A stretch of 64,000 nucleotides of DNA from Octopus vulgaris (taxonomy: Eukaryota). The DNA is taken from positions 72,602,001 to 72,666,000 of the forward strand of contig OX597826.1 of the NCBI GenBank assembly GCA_951406725.2, given 5' to 3'. Positions 51,640 to 62,330 of the stretch are shown piece by piece. Below the pieces are notes generated by a model. That model was not told where the DNA came from and made no database searches. It saw nothing but the letters and a program-made list of their open reading frames with translations. The position numbers were made by a program, and so were the translations under genes. Numbering within the stretch: the stretch's first letter is position 1; each line of letters starts with the position of its first letter.

Positions 51640-52330
51640 GGCTAGTTGCTGATGGCCCCAAAATGGCCACGCCTATAGAGTTTAACTCTAACAGGCAAAG
51701 GATTAACATGCTGTCCCTTCTCTGAAAGTCCTTCAGACCAAATAGATTGCTTAGAATATTCTCTTTGATACCCAGAAGCACTCATCGGCCTTTGTTGCTT
51801 ACATCTCTATTATCTCTCTTTGTAATGTGAGGGTTGATGTTCCACCTGTCACATTATTTATCAAGAAGAGAGCAGTGAGTACATGAGAACATTATTCCAG
51901 ATACCAAATGTCAAAGGTTGATTTGCACTTGGCCCAAAGCTTCTGTTTGGTCAAACAGGGAAGTTGTAGAAAGATGTGTGCATGAATGACCACCACACCT
52001 GTTATTGTTGACATCATTTAAGAATCTCTGTAAAGGTGTCACCTTCAGACTGTCCCTGTATATTATCTACCATAGCATCTTGAGACTCTTCATGGAGAGG
52101 TTGGTTGCAGTTGACAGACTCTATTACGAGTGGAACCTTCTCTTCCACAAGAAATGAAAGTGCATGCATTCCAGTCTAGTCAGAGGTTTCCTGAGACACC
52201 CTGCTTATAACATCTTCCCTGCTCTTATCAGCTTCCCAGTTTTTATTCATCTAGAAATGGTTCAAACCAGATGTCCAAGCACCTTAGCCAGGCTCTTGCT
52301 TTAGTGACAGAAGCCATTGTCTCTCTAGCT
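51640..52330 (-). mobile_element. highly decayed LINE RT remnant (CR1-like)
   Basis: Minus strand gcagggtgtctcaggaaacc reads GVSQE, similar to the GVPQG motif, followed by coding-like composition with many stops. Confidence 0.4.
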
Positions 52331-52359
52331 GCCTATTTTTAGAAGCTGGGAAGTTGGTT

Positions 52360-53020
52360 ATAGTGTATTATACTGTTTTATTGGGTGTTGGTGTATAGGA
52401 GTGTAGGAGTGTTGTAAAGAGCTGGGAACCATAGAGTGTACTCTACTATGTTACTGACAGAGTTGTAGAGTATACCCTTCTTAAGGCGGCAAGCTGGCAG
52501 AAATGTTAGCACGCCGGGCGAGATGCTTAGCGGTATTTCGTCTGTCGTTACGTTCTGAGTTCAAATTCCGCTGAGGTTGACTTTGCCGTTCATCCTTTCG
52601 GGGTCGTTTAAATAAGTACCAGTTACGCACTAGGGTCGATATAATCGACTTAATCCATTTGTCTGTCCTTGTTTGTCCCCTCTGTGTTTAGCTCCTTGTG
52701 GGTAGTAAAGAAATGTATAGAGTATACCCTTCTATGATCTGAAGAGTTACAGAGTATCTGATACTATGAACCAGCAGGGGTGATGCTGGAGGAGTGATAG
52801 CATGTACTCTACTATGATTCTGAAGAATACAACAGAGAGCACTTTAGATTGGCAAGGTTATAGAGTGTATTCTAGCATGATATAGTAGAGTGATACTCTT
52901 CTGTATCACCCTACTTTGATGCAATACTGGAGAGTGTTATAAAGAGTACTTTACTATGATACCTGAGGGGTGATAGCCTATTCTGGTCTATTATGATGCT
53001 GAGTGATTCTAATAATATTT
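52360..53020. repeat. degenerate minisatellite (agagtgtactctactatgatactga-like unit), interrupted by a SINE
   Basis: The motif recurs about 12 times on both sides of the 52482-52717 SINE. Confidence 0.7.
52482..52717 (+). mobile_element. young SINE with 16-bp TSD
   Basis: TSD tagagtatacccttct at 52466-52481 and 52718-52733; CpGs largely retained. Confidence 0.92.
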
Positions 53021-54994
53021 CTTGTGTAGACAGATCCCTGTGAGATGTTGGGTGGGCTTCATTGGATTAATTGACTGGGAGTGATTTAGTGGGGGTTGTT
53101 TGATGTCAGCACAGCCGGATCAAGTCCATATGTTTACCTCTACTCACCCAATGCAACAATGGGTGTTTCCTTCTCTTGTGTTTGATCTTCTGCCAAACAG
53201 GGATGACTGTTTTCTCAAACTATTTTCATTTTTACCACTTTAAATAGTTTCTCGAAGAAAGATTACATCAGCCAGCTTTACTCTGCATAGTTGCGTTTAT
53301 ATTTGTTTTGGCTGGCACACATACACACATAATATACATACATATATACACATACACATTCATTATGTCCATAAATGCATATACACATATACACATATGT
53401 ACATGTACACACAGATACTGCATGTACATCCTTTTTCTATATAGATATCTAAGAATACTTGGTGCACACACTGTTGATGGAAGTCTGAAAAGTATGCAAG
53501 CGTGTGTGTTATAAAGTAATAACTGGAGGTTTCATGCAGCCAGTCATGTACTGCATTGATTGTACCTCACTAACGAGTGCAGTCATTGGATTGTGAGTTT
53601 GGCTCTATGAAGCCTTTAGATTTCACATCCTAGCTTTCACACACAGGCAAACCTCATCTCCACAATAAGGCTGTGTTCCTCTTGCCCAGCTACAAACAAC
53701 CATCAGTATTTGCCCTTCTTAACTACTTTCTAACTTCATAACACTTAACACAAAGGTTCAAAGGTCAAATCTCATTCTTCTTTTAACTTATTTTCATTGA
53801 CGCACTCTAGTTCTAGAAAGGGAGGCACATTGGTCAGTGTAATTCTTAGATACACTCCACATGAAAATTAGATGGGATAGTCAAAGCCGAAACTCCTTTG
53901 ATTATAGGTCTGCTAGATGAGAGCTGACCTTGGGCTAATCCACTATGACAACAGTTTCAATCAAGAGAAATCTCCAGCATATTTATATTTTTATATTTTA
54001 TTATATCTAGTTGTTGTTTAATCCTAAGATAGCCTGATTAAGTAGATCTGTGATCAGAGGTGTTTCAGTGACGACCATTCTGTTTTTAGTCTACATTCAA
54101 TGTGTCCTTTCTTTTCTCAAGAGTGTAGGCTGTGATTTGAGGAAGATTTTGCATTTGGCTCTGTGGTTTAGAAGCTTTCTTTTTAATCATGTGGTCTTAG
54201 GTTTGGTTCTGCAAAACGAGCTCTGATCTACCCATGAAATAACACAGACTTCTTCATATTTATCTGTTCCTTGCAAACAATCTGGCTATCATGTTTCAGT
54301 TTTGTTACACTACACATATATTTGCCTTGAGAGTCGTATCATATTATTTAATGACCAAAAATTGTCTTCTTTGTTGCAGAATTCTTTATCCCAGTTGAAC
54401 CTTTTGGCCTTATTAGTTTTTGAAATCGCTGACTTTTTTCATTGGAATTCTTTATTCATATCCAGGCTGTTTCAATACTGTCCTTTTACTATACAGCACC
54501 AATCCATAGATTTCACCACCTCTGTAATAGTTGCAAGCTAATATTTAATAATTTACCTCTTAACATCCCATTTTGACCTCTCAGAAACTTACTGTGGCTT
54601 CCCTGGTTTTTTCTTCATTCAGTAATGCCCCTTTTCAATCTGTCTCTTGACTAATTGAACTATTTCTTGATTGAACTTTTCATTTTGATATTAGCTGATG
54701 TCTTGCCTGCCTGAAAATTCATCAATATCTTTTTCTTGTAATGATTTTCGTTGTTGTGTTTAATCAAGTGAAAGTTACAATTAACCCCCAAACATAATTA
54801 AATTCACACACACACACACTCACACATTAATAGTTATCACCAAGCTAATATGGCAGTCCAGAAATATAGGACAAATGCTGCCATTGATTAGCTCCAAGAG
54901 GCCATCGCCTCTAGCTAGCTATGTGACATGAACCTGTGTCCATTATAACCTTCGAACAGGGGAGGTCAGCCACCTCCCCTTGCTGGTGAGGCAT

Positions 54995-55035
54995 CTGCAG
55001 ACTAGTTTCAGGGTATTTGCCCTTTATCAATGTAG
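54995..55035 (-). ncRNA. minimal type I hammerhead ribozyme motif (Penelope-like), U3-A8 variant, within a repeat fragment at about 54850-55050
   Basis: Minus strand reads CUACA UUGAUAA AGGG caaaua CCCU GAAA CUAG UC UGCAG: stem I (4 of 5 pairs), core, perfect stem II, GAAA, palindromic loop III and a GUC site. Confidence 0.7.
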
Positions 55036-56058
55036 AGCAGTCGAACCCAGCAATATATATATATATACATATATATATATACCTCTAAAGAAGAGAAAAC
55101 ATGTCTCATTATAAAAAAAAAATTTTATCAATAGGTAGCTAAAATCTTTTTGTAGGTCATGCAATATCATCACTCACTCATTCTTGTTATGGCTACCACC
55201 ATATAGGGCAACAATGAAGGTTTGTTATTTCTGTGCATTTTAGGTCAGTTTCTTAATGTTCCTCAGTGGTTTCCTAATGGCTTCCTTTCAGCTTTCATCA
55301 CTGCTATGAGTATTTTCTGATGATTCTTGAAAGTTCATTACATACTATTGTAACAATTTCTTTCATTGCTTTCCTGAAGTAAAGCTAATTTTGCAGGATT
55401 GGTTTGTTAGCCCTGTGCTCAACCTGTATGGTCAGTGGATTGAATTTTATCAGACCTTTATCAGATTTGACATATCTGGCTTGAATGGTCACAGTAAACA
55501 TGACATTGTGTGTGAGATTTTGCCAGTATATTTCTGTGTGTTATAATTCTTTCTAATTTTGGCACAGGGCCAGCAATTTGGAGGGGAAGTGGGAGTCAAT
55601 GTCATTGACTCCGGTGCTAAACTGATATTTTATTCTATCAACCTTAAAAGGATGAAAGCCAGAGTTGACCTCAACAGCATTAGAACTCAGAACGTAAAGC
55701 CAGAAGAAATGTCACTAAGCTTTTTGTCCAGCATCCAGCATATTAAAAACTCTCCCAGCTTGCCGCCTTGTAGTATAATGACCACAGTTCAATACAAGAT
55801 ATTATCAATAAACCACAGTGTCTAACATATTGGTTTCAAATTTTGGTACAAGGCCAGCAATTTCAGTAGCAGGGTTAAGTTGATTATATCAACCTCAGTA
55901 GTCAACTGGTATTTATTTTATTAAGCCTGACAAAAGATAAAGTCAACCTTGGTGGAATTTGAACTCAGAACTTAAAGACCGATGAAATGCTGCCAAGCAT
56001 CTTGGCCAGGTGTGCTAATATTTCTGCCAACTCACCGCCTTTGCAGTATGTCAGCTAG

Positions 56059-56375
56059 GTACTCTGTCGATTGCAACTATGAAGGTTCTAGTTGATCCGA
56101 TCAATGGAACAGCCTGCTCATGAAATTAACATGCATGTGGCTGAGCACTCCACCGACACATGTACCCTTAACATAGTTCTCAGGGAGATTCAGTGTGACA
56201 CAGTGTGACAAGGCTGGCCCTTTGAAATACAGACACTGTTCATTTTTGCCAGCTGAGTGGACTGGAGAAACATGAAATGAAGTGTCTTGTTCAAGGACAC
56301 AACAATGCATCACTGGGAATTGAACTCCAGACCTTGCAATTGTGAGCCGAATACCTTAACCACTAGGCTACACAA
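56059..56375 (-). mobile_element. tRNA-derived SINE ending about 65 nt upstream of a mib1 acceptor
   Basis: Minus-strand head gtgtagcctagtggttaagg...gagttcaattcc; shares gacacttcatttca.gt..ctccagtccactcagctggcaaaaatga with the 24029 family. Confidence 0.8.
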
Positions 56376-56441
56376 CACCATCACTTACAGTAGGTAACAT
56401 ATTAGCAAGCCTAATACCTGTGAATATTTTTGCCATTTCAG

Positions 56442-56593
56442 GACTCTGAGGGTGATTCTCCATTACATGATGCCATCAGCAAGAAGAGAGATGATATGAT
56501 TACTTTGCTCTTAGAGAATGGAGCAGACATAGCTATCACTAACAATAACGGCTTCAATGCCCTCCACCATGCTGCGCTGAGAGGTAACCCAAG
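56442..56593 (+). CDS. mib1: mib1 exon (ankyrin repeats); last exon visible in window
   Basis: tgccatttcag acceptor, AG|gtaagt donor. Encodes [50 protein letters not shown]. 152 nt; follows a 21.7-kb intron; not in the ORF track. Confidence 0.97.
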
Positions 56594-57885
56594 GTAAGTC
56601 AATATGCTTTGAGGGTTTTATCAATAGTTTTATAGTTTTACATTTAAACACTGAGATGGGGGCAGAGAAAAAAAAAAGTCTTGTTTGTTAATTGGTATTA
56701 ATTGGTTGCATATGGGAATCAGCTGACCCTTGTTTTTGCTGCCTGAGTGAGAAAAGAAATAAGGTAAGACAAACTTCTATCTTGTTAATTTCTCAATACA
56801 CAGAACACACCCATACAGAAATATGTATGTACACACACACAAATCTTGTAAACATTTGTGTATGTTATATATATACTTATAAGCATATCTATCTGTCTGT
56901 CTATCTATCTGCCTGTGTTTATGTATGTATAAGCTTGTAAACATTTGTGTGTTTAGATTACTTCAAAAGGTGTATAAACATATGTAACAACAATATGTGT
57001 GTATGTTGTATAACCTTACATCCTTACATAACCTCATAAACTACATGTTAGATACCAAGAATAGTGTAAGAACATATTGGCTTCCCTGAAGGTCCGATGC
57101 ATTTGGTGAAACTGCATCTAACATCTAAAGATATGTCTTTCCCTAAGTAGTTAAGGCTGAGATATTCTCTCATGGTTTCATTGTATTTGATTCACACACA
57201 TTTTTAATGACTATTATAGGTGCAGGTGTGGCTGTGTGGTAAGAAGCTTGCTTCCTAACTGCATGGTTCTGGGTTCAGTCCCAATGCATGGCACCTTAAA
57301 CAAGTGCCTTTTACTATAGCCTCAGGTTGACCAATGCCTTGTGAGTGGATTTGGTAGACAGAAACTGAAAGAAGCCCATTGTATATGTGTGTGTGTGTAT
57401 CTGTGTTTGTCCCCCCCCACCATCACTTGACAACTGGTGTTGGTGTGTTTACGTCCCCATCACTTAGCAGTTCAGCAAAAGAGACCAATAGAATAAGTAC
57501 TAGGCTTTCAAAGAATAAGTCCTGGGGTCGATTTGTTCAACTAAAGGCGGTGCTCCAGCTAGTCAAATGACTGAAAGAAAAGAATAAAAGAATACATATA
57601 TATATATATGTAATATATATAAAGCACTCAGTCCACTCTGCTGGGTGGTTGGTGTTAGGAAGGGCATCCAGCTGTAAAAACCATGCCAAAACAGACACAC
57701 TAGCCTGGGGTAATTTTCTACCTGGCCAGTTCCTTTCAAACTGTCCAATGAATGCCAGCATGGAAGGTGGGTGTTAAACGATGATGATGATGATAATCTT
57801 CATAGAACTTGCTTCTACCTAATTAGATATAAACTCTTATGATCATACTGCTTGAATTTGGTAGTGGCAGTGTTAATTTGTATCC

Positions 57886-58295
57886 AGGCGCAGGAGTGGC
57901 TGTGTGGTAAGTAGCTTGTTTACCAACCACATGGTTCCGGGTTCAGTCCCACTGCGTGGCACCTTGGGCAAGTGCCTTCTACTATAGCCTCGGGCCGACC
58001 AAAGCCTTGTGAGTGGATTTGGTAGACGGAAACTGAAAGAAGCCCGTCGTATATATGTATATGTATATATGCGTGTGTGTATTTGTGTGTCTGTGTTTGT
58101 CCCCCTAGCATTGCTTGACAACCAATGCTGGTGTGTTTATGTCCCCGTTACTTAGCGGTTCGGCGAAAGAGGCCGATAGAATAAGTACTGGGCTTACAAA
58201 AGAATAAGTCCCGGGGTCGAGTTGCTCGATTAAAGGTGGTGCTCCAGCATGGCCGCAGTCAAATGACTGAAACAAGTAAAAGAGTAAAAGAGAGT
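57886..58295 (+). mobile_element. young full-length ~400-bp tRNA-derived SINE; older copies at about 7793, 9775, 10630, 12829, 38428, 46466, 49462, 57218
   Basis: ggcgcaggagtggctgtgtggtaag A-box, gggttcagtccc B-box, internal (TA/TG)n, and tail gactgaaacaagtaaaagagtaaaagag. Confidence 0.9.
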
Positions 58296-59084
58296 AGTGG
58301 ATCAGTAGTCAGTGATTGAGCTTCTTCATTTTGATGGGTGTGAAGGGTGCTGATGCCTGAAGTGGCTGTTCAGAGAAAAGCTGGGGCATTTGTTGCAGGA
58401 GGAGAGTTGATGGGGGATGAGGAAGAGCGAGGCACTCTTTGTGTCTTCGACTATTTGGATCAAAAGTAGCTAAACATCCCTTTCAATGTGAATATAGGCT
58501 CAACAGTTTCAGTAGCGAGAGAGAAGTGGTTTCAATTTTCTTAGTGCAAAATGTGTATTTTTTTTGTTACAAATGAAGGAGGATTGTACCATGATGATCT
58601 TCTATTACTTGGGATCCTCAGCTCAGAGGCAACATGTATATAGTGGAGAACTTACTTTCTTTAACCTTTTCATTGCTATCATCATCATCATCATAGTTGT
58701 TTTAATGTAAAAGACACTTGCCCAAAGTGCTGCACAGTGGGTCTGAACCTGAGACCACATGGTTTGGAAGCAAGCTTCTTAGCTACACAGCCATGCCTAT
58801 GCCTATCGTCACAAATGTAATCCAAATTTGTCACTTACCTTATGGGTAAATTAAAATTACAGGTAAATAAAATAAATAAATAAATAAAAAATGGGGCAAA
58901 TTTTTTTATAAAAGTATTTTATTAAATCATGATACACATAATCAAATTGTACAATATTCCTGTCGTAGAAACTTGTAAAGAATTTCACTCTACATGATAC
59001 GAGCTTGCAGGATGAGCATTGGACAGTCGTTTCGATTGGCTGTGCATTTTCTGATGTTTCCATTATTACTATATGTTTAACTTT

Positions 59085-59325
59085 TTTTATTGTATCTGTG
59101 GAGAGTCATTCACTTTTAGTGCTTTATTAATTTAAAACACATGCCGGTCTGATTTCCACTTATTTATTTTTACTAAAATTTTTTGTGGTGTCTTGCAACC
59201 TTTTCTGAAAATTTTCTAAAAAATTTTAGTAAAAATAAGTAAGTAAATGAGTGGAAATCAGACCAGTGTGTGTGTTAAATTAATAAGGCACTAAAAGAGA
59301 ATGACTCTACACAGACACAATAAAA
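59085..59325. repeat. inverted repeat, ~100-bp arms around a ~35-nt spacer
   Basis: ttttattgtatctgtggagagtcattcacttttagtgctttattaatttaa...tactaaaattttt matches the reverse complement of 59218-59325 with few mismatches and one 8-nt indel. Confidence 0.92.
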
Positions 59326-60792
59326 TATGTTTCAATACACAAATTCACATAAAGAATCTTGCAAACCAAATACAAAAATGAAATGTGTATAACATTGTTC
59401 CAAAAACCATAACTGTATTTGTTGTTTAGCCCTAGGTCAGTTCAAATAGATCAGACCTGTGATCATCAAAGACATTCTAAGTGTGGCCATTCCATTTTTT
59501 CCTATTGATTTGGCTGGTACTTGTAGCAAGTTGAGCGATGACATAGAAATTTCTTCCTCATTGGCTTGAATACTTGTCACTCAACCATTATATCTTATTA
59601 GTTTCAGAGTTAATCTGCAAAATTTTGTTTTAACTCTGTTAATAATGATCTTTGAGAAAGAAATGAATGTCACATAACCCCTTCTATAAATCAACTTTAA
59701 GGAGCTAACTACACCTCAGATTAAGTCCTGTAGTCGTAAAATACTGATACATTTACAAAGGAATCATTCTATTTAATAGCCAAGTTGTTGTTGTTACTGA
59801 TACTGATAATAGTGGTGGTGTTGATGATGATGGTAGTGGTGGTAATGATAACAATGAGGACAACAGGGTTGCTGTTTATAATGATGGTGATGGTGGTACC
59901 GACAGTGATGATAGTGGCAGTGTTAATATTGTTGATACTGATGATGATGATGTTGACAATATCACTTGTTCATATTAATGATGGTGATGCCACTGTTGAT
60001 TCCGAATGTGATGATGTTTTATTACAACTTGCCATCAAAAGAATCCTAGATATCAAAGAAAGACAGATTGGCCACAGCTGGAATGTCTTTGCTCATGGCT
60101 CTACTCCTCAATCTGCTTTTAAGGTTTATGTAACTTTATTTATTATAGTGAAAGAACTAAACAGAACATCAAAATGAAAATAAACACTTTATCTTAATGC
60201 TTCCCTTTACATGTAAATATTTTGTAAAGATCTATGATTGCAAATGCCCAGTAATGGTTGATTTCCATGTATTTCAAGTCTGGTTCTGAAATTCAGTTTC
60301 TGAGAGAGTCTAACAAACCCAGAAGCGCGCCTTTCTTCACCCGACCTTACTATATTCTCTCTCTCCACTTGAGCTTAGATTAAATTGACATATGGGAATT
60401 AACAACCTCCCACTTTGTAAGCACTGACGTGAAATAGTCTGAGGGGTTAGAAGTAGGTCATTGCCAAGACTGTGGCACTAGCATTCCCATCAGGCATTTC
60501 TTGAAGCCCCTGCGGATATTCTACTTTTTTTATTTCTAATTTTCAGTGACTCACTACCCTATAGTTTTGATGTTTTACATCTTTTGAGATGTTTAAATGT
60601 TTTATGGTTGAACAAAGCTTCACTTCCCTATGGGAGTGAGAAGTGTGAAATATTAAATACGTATTTGAACTTCCGAGATAAGTTATTTTTAAAATAATTT
60701 AAATCTCTACAATCTTTATCTCCACCTATCTTAATTCTTTGATTTTGACACTATATTTTAATCAGTTTATTCTCAGATTATCTTCAGGTACC

Positions 60793-60829
<37 letters not shown>

Positions 60830-60832
<3 letters not shown>

Positions 60833-61060
60833 CTTTACTACCCACAAGGGGCTAAACACAGAGGGGACAAACAAGGACAGACAAAGGGATTAAGTCGACT
60901 ACATCAACCCCAGTGCGTAACTGGTACTTAATTTATCGACCCCGAAAGGATGAAAGGCAAAGTCGACCTCGGCGGAATTTGAACTCGGAACGTAACGACA
61001 GACGAAATACGACTACGAATTTCGCCCGGCGTGCTAACGTTTCTACCAGCTCGCCGCCTT
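60830..61060 (-). mobile_element. young SINE inserted into a (TA)n tract
   Basis: Reverse complement of the 52482 family, CpG-rich, with (TA)n on both sides. Confidence 0.9.
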
Positions 61061-61061
61061 T

Positions 61062-61092
<31 letters not shown>

Positions 61093-61219
61093 GCAACAGA
61101 AGCGGTATTAATATCAAAAGGTGATATTTATCACCACTTCTAACACATCTACTTCTAAGTGGTGATAAACATTGCCTCTATATACACACACCACACACAC
61201 ACACATATATAGGTAGGTT

Positions 61220-62330
61220 TGAACATAAAGCCTTGGTATCTAACTGGGTCACAGGGTTGAGGTGGGGGCACCGTGGTTCCACGTGATCCGTCATCCGTGT
61301 ATGCAGACACAACTCTCTTTGTCACCTAGTTATAGCGGGAAGCCTTTTAGAATTTCTATCCTCCACAGCGGTGACTCTGGTGTGGAATGCAAACATGGAT
61401 TTGAGCATGTGATGAGAGGTAACCATTTAGTTTGACCAACTGAACAGGCACTATTGTAGTTTGTAGTGAACCAGCCTTAGCAGACAAACCTAGCTGCTCT
61501 TAGGATAGCTGCCAGGTAATGGTGTTTGACCCTCTCAAAAGCTTTGGGCTGACTGAAACTGACCAGTACTACACAAAGCCAGATGTACTTCCAGCCTGTC
61601 CTGCAGTGTATCACACAAAGTGGAAATTGTCATGGATATATCTACCTGGGATTACACAAACAAATAGATCTACTAGGGATTGTACAGGTTTACACTTCTG
61701 ATAACAAGCACCACCCTCTTGATGGGAACCATTGCCAAAATCTTCTGCTCTTTGTTTAGCAGATCTACAAGTCTGAAGTTCTCTATCACATCCATTCTTG
61801 TTTGGGTCCTTTCTTAATAGTGTTATCATTCCCTGGCTCACATGACTGTGAATACTGCCAGTTGCTATAGACAGCTATCAGGATAATAGTACGCTTGCCA
61901 TGTAGAAATAAATCTTTATAAGGGTAAATCATCCAATTGTGGTTCTCCTTGCACAGAAACTCAGTAACTTTGTCTGCTGAAATTGGCTTTTTGTAGTACT
62001 CTGCCTCTCTGGTTTTGAAAGTTGTGTTAGGATGTTTGGATAAACATTGAAGACATCATCTCTATTCTATTGGTTTCCACAAACAATATGGCAAAGTGCT
62101 ACTGGAAGACTGTACGGATTTGCTTGGAATCAGATAGCACATGTCTGTTCCAGTTACTCACTGCCTTCACCATAGCTCCTAATTGATGGATTTGTTCCTC
62201 CTCCACTCAACTCTTCCCTATAACTTTGTTAAAGCTAATGGATGCTGCTATAATTTTCCTCTTTAACTAGATGTACTTCGCCAATTTCCATTTAATTAGT
62301 TTGCTAATCTGGTCTCTGAAATCTTTCCAT
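61220..62330 (-). mobile_element. decayed L1/Tx1-clade LINE ORF2 fragment
   Basis: GMITLLRKDPNK, CVIPGRYIHDN and PKAFERVKH resemble the L1/Tx1 RT motifs G.ITL.PK, PGR.I.DN and KAFDRV.H; frameshifted. Confidence 0.8.

Noticed and set aside
59785-60177. 130-aa hydrophobic ORF resembling a membrane protein
   Set aside because: Product of a degenerate (TGA/TGG/TGT)n trinucleotide tract.
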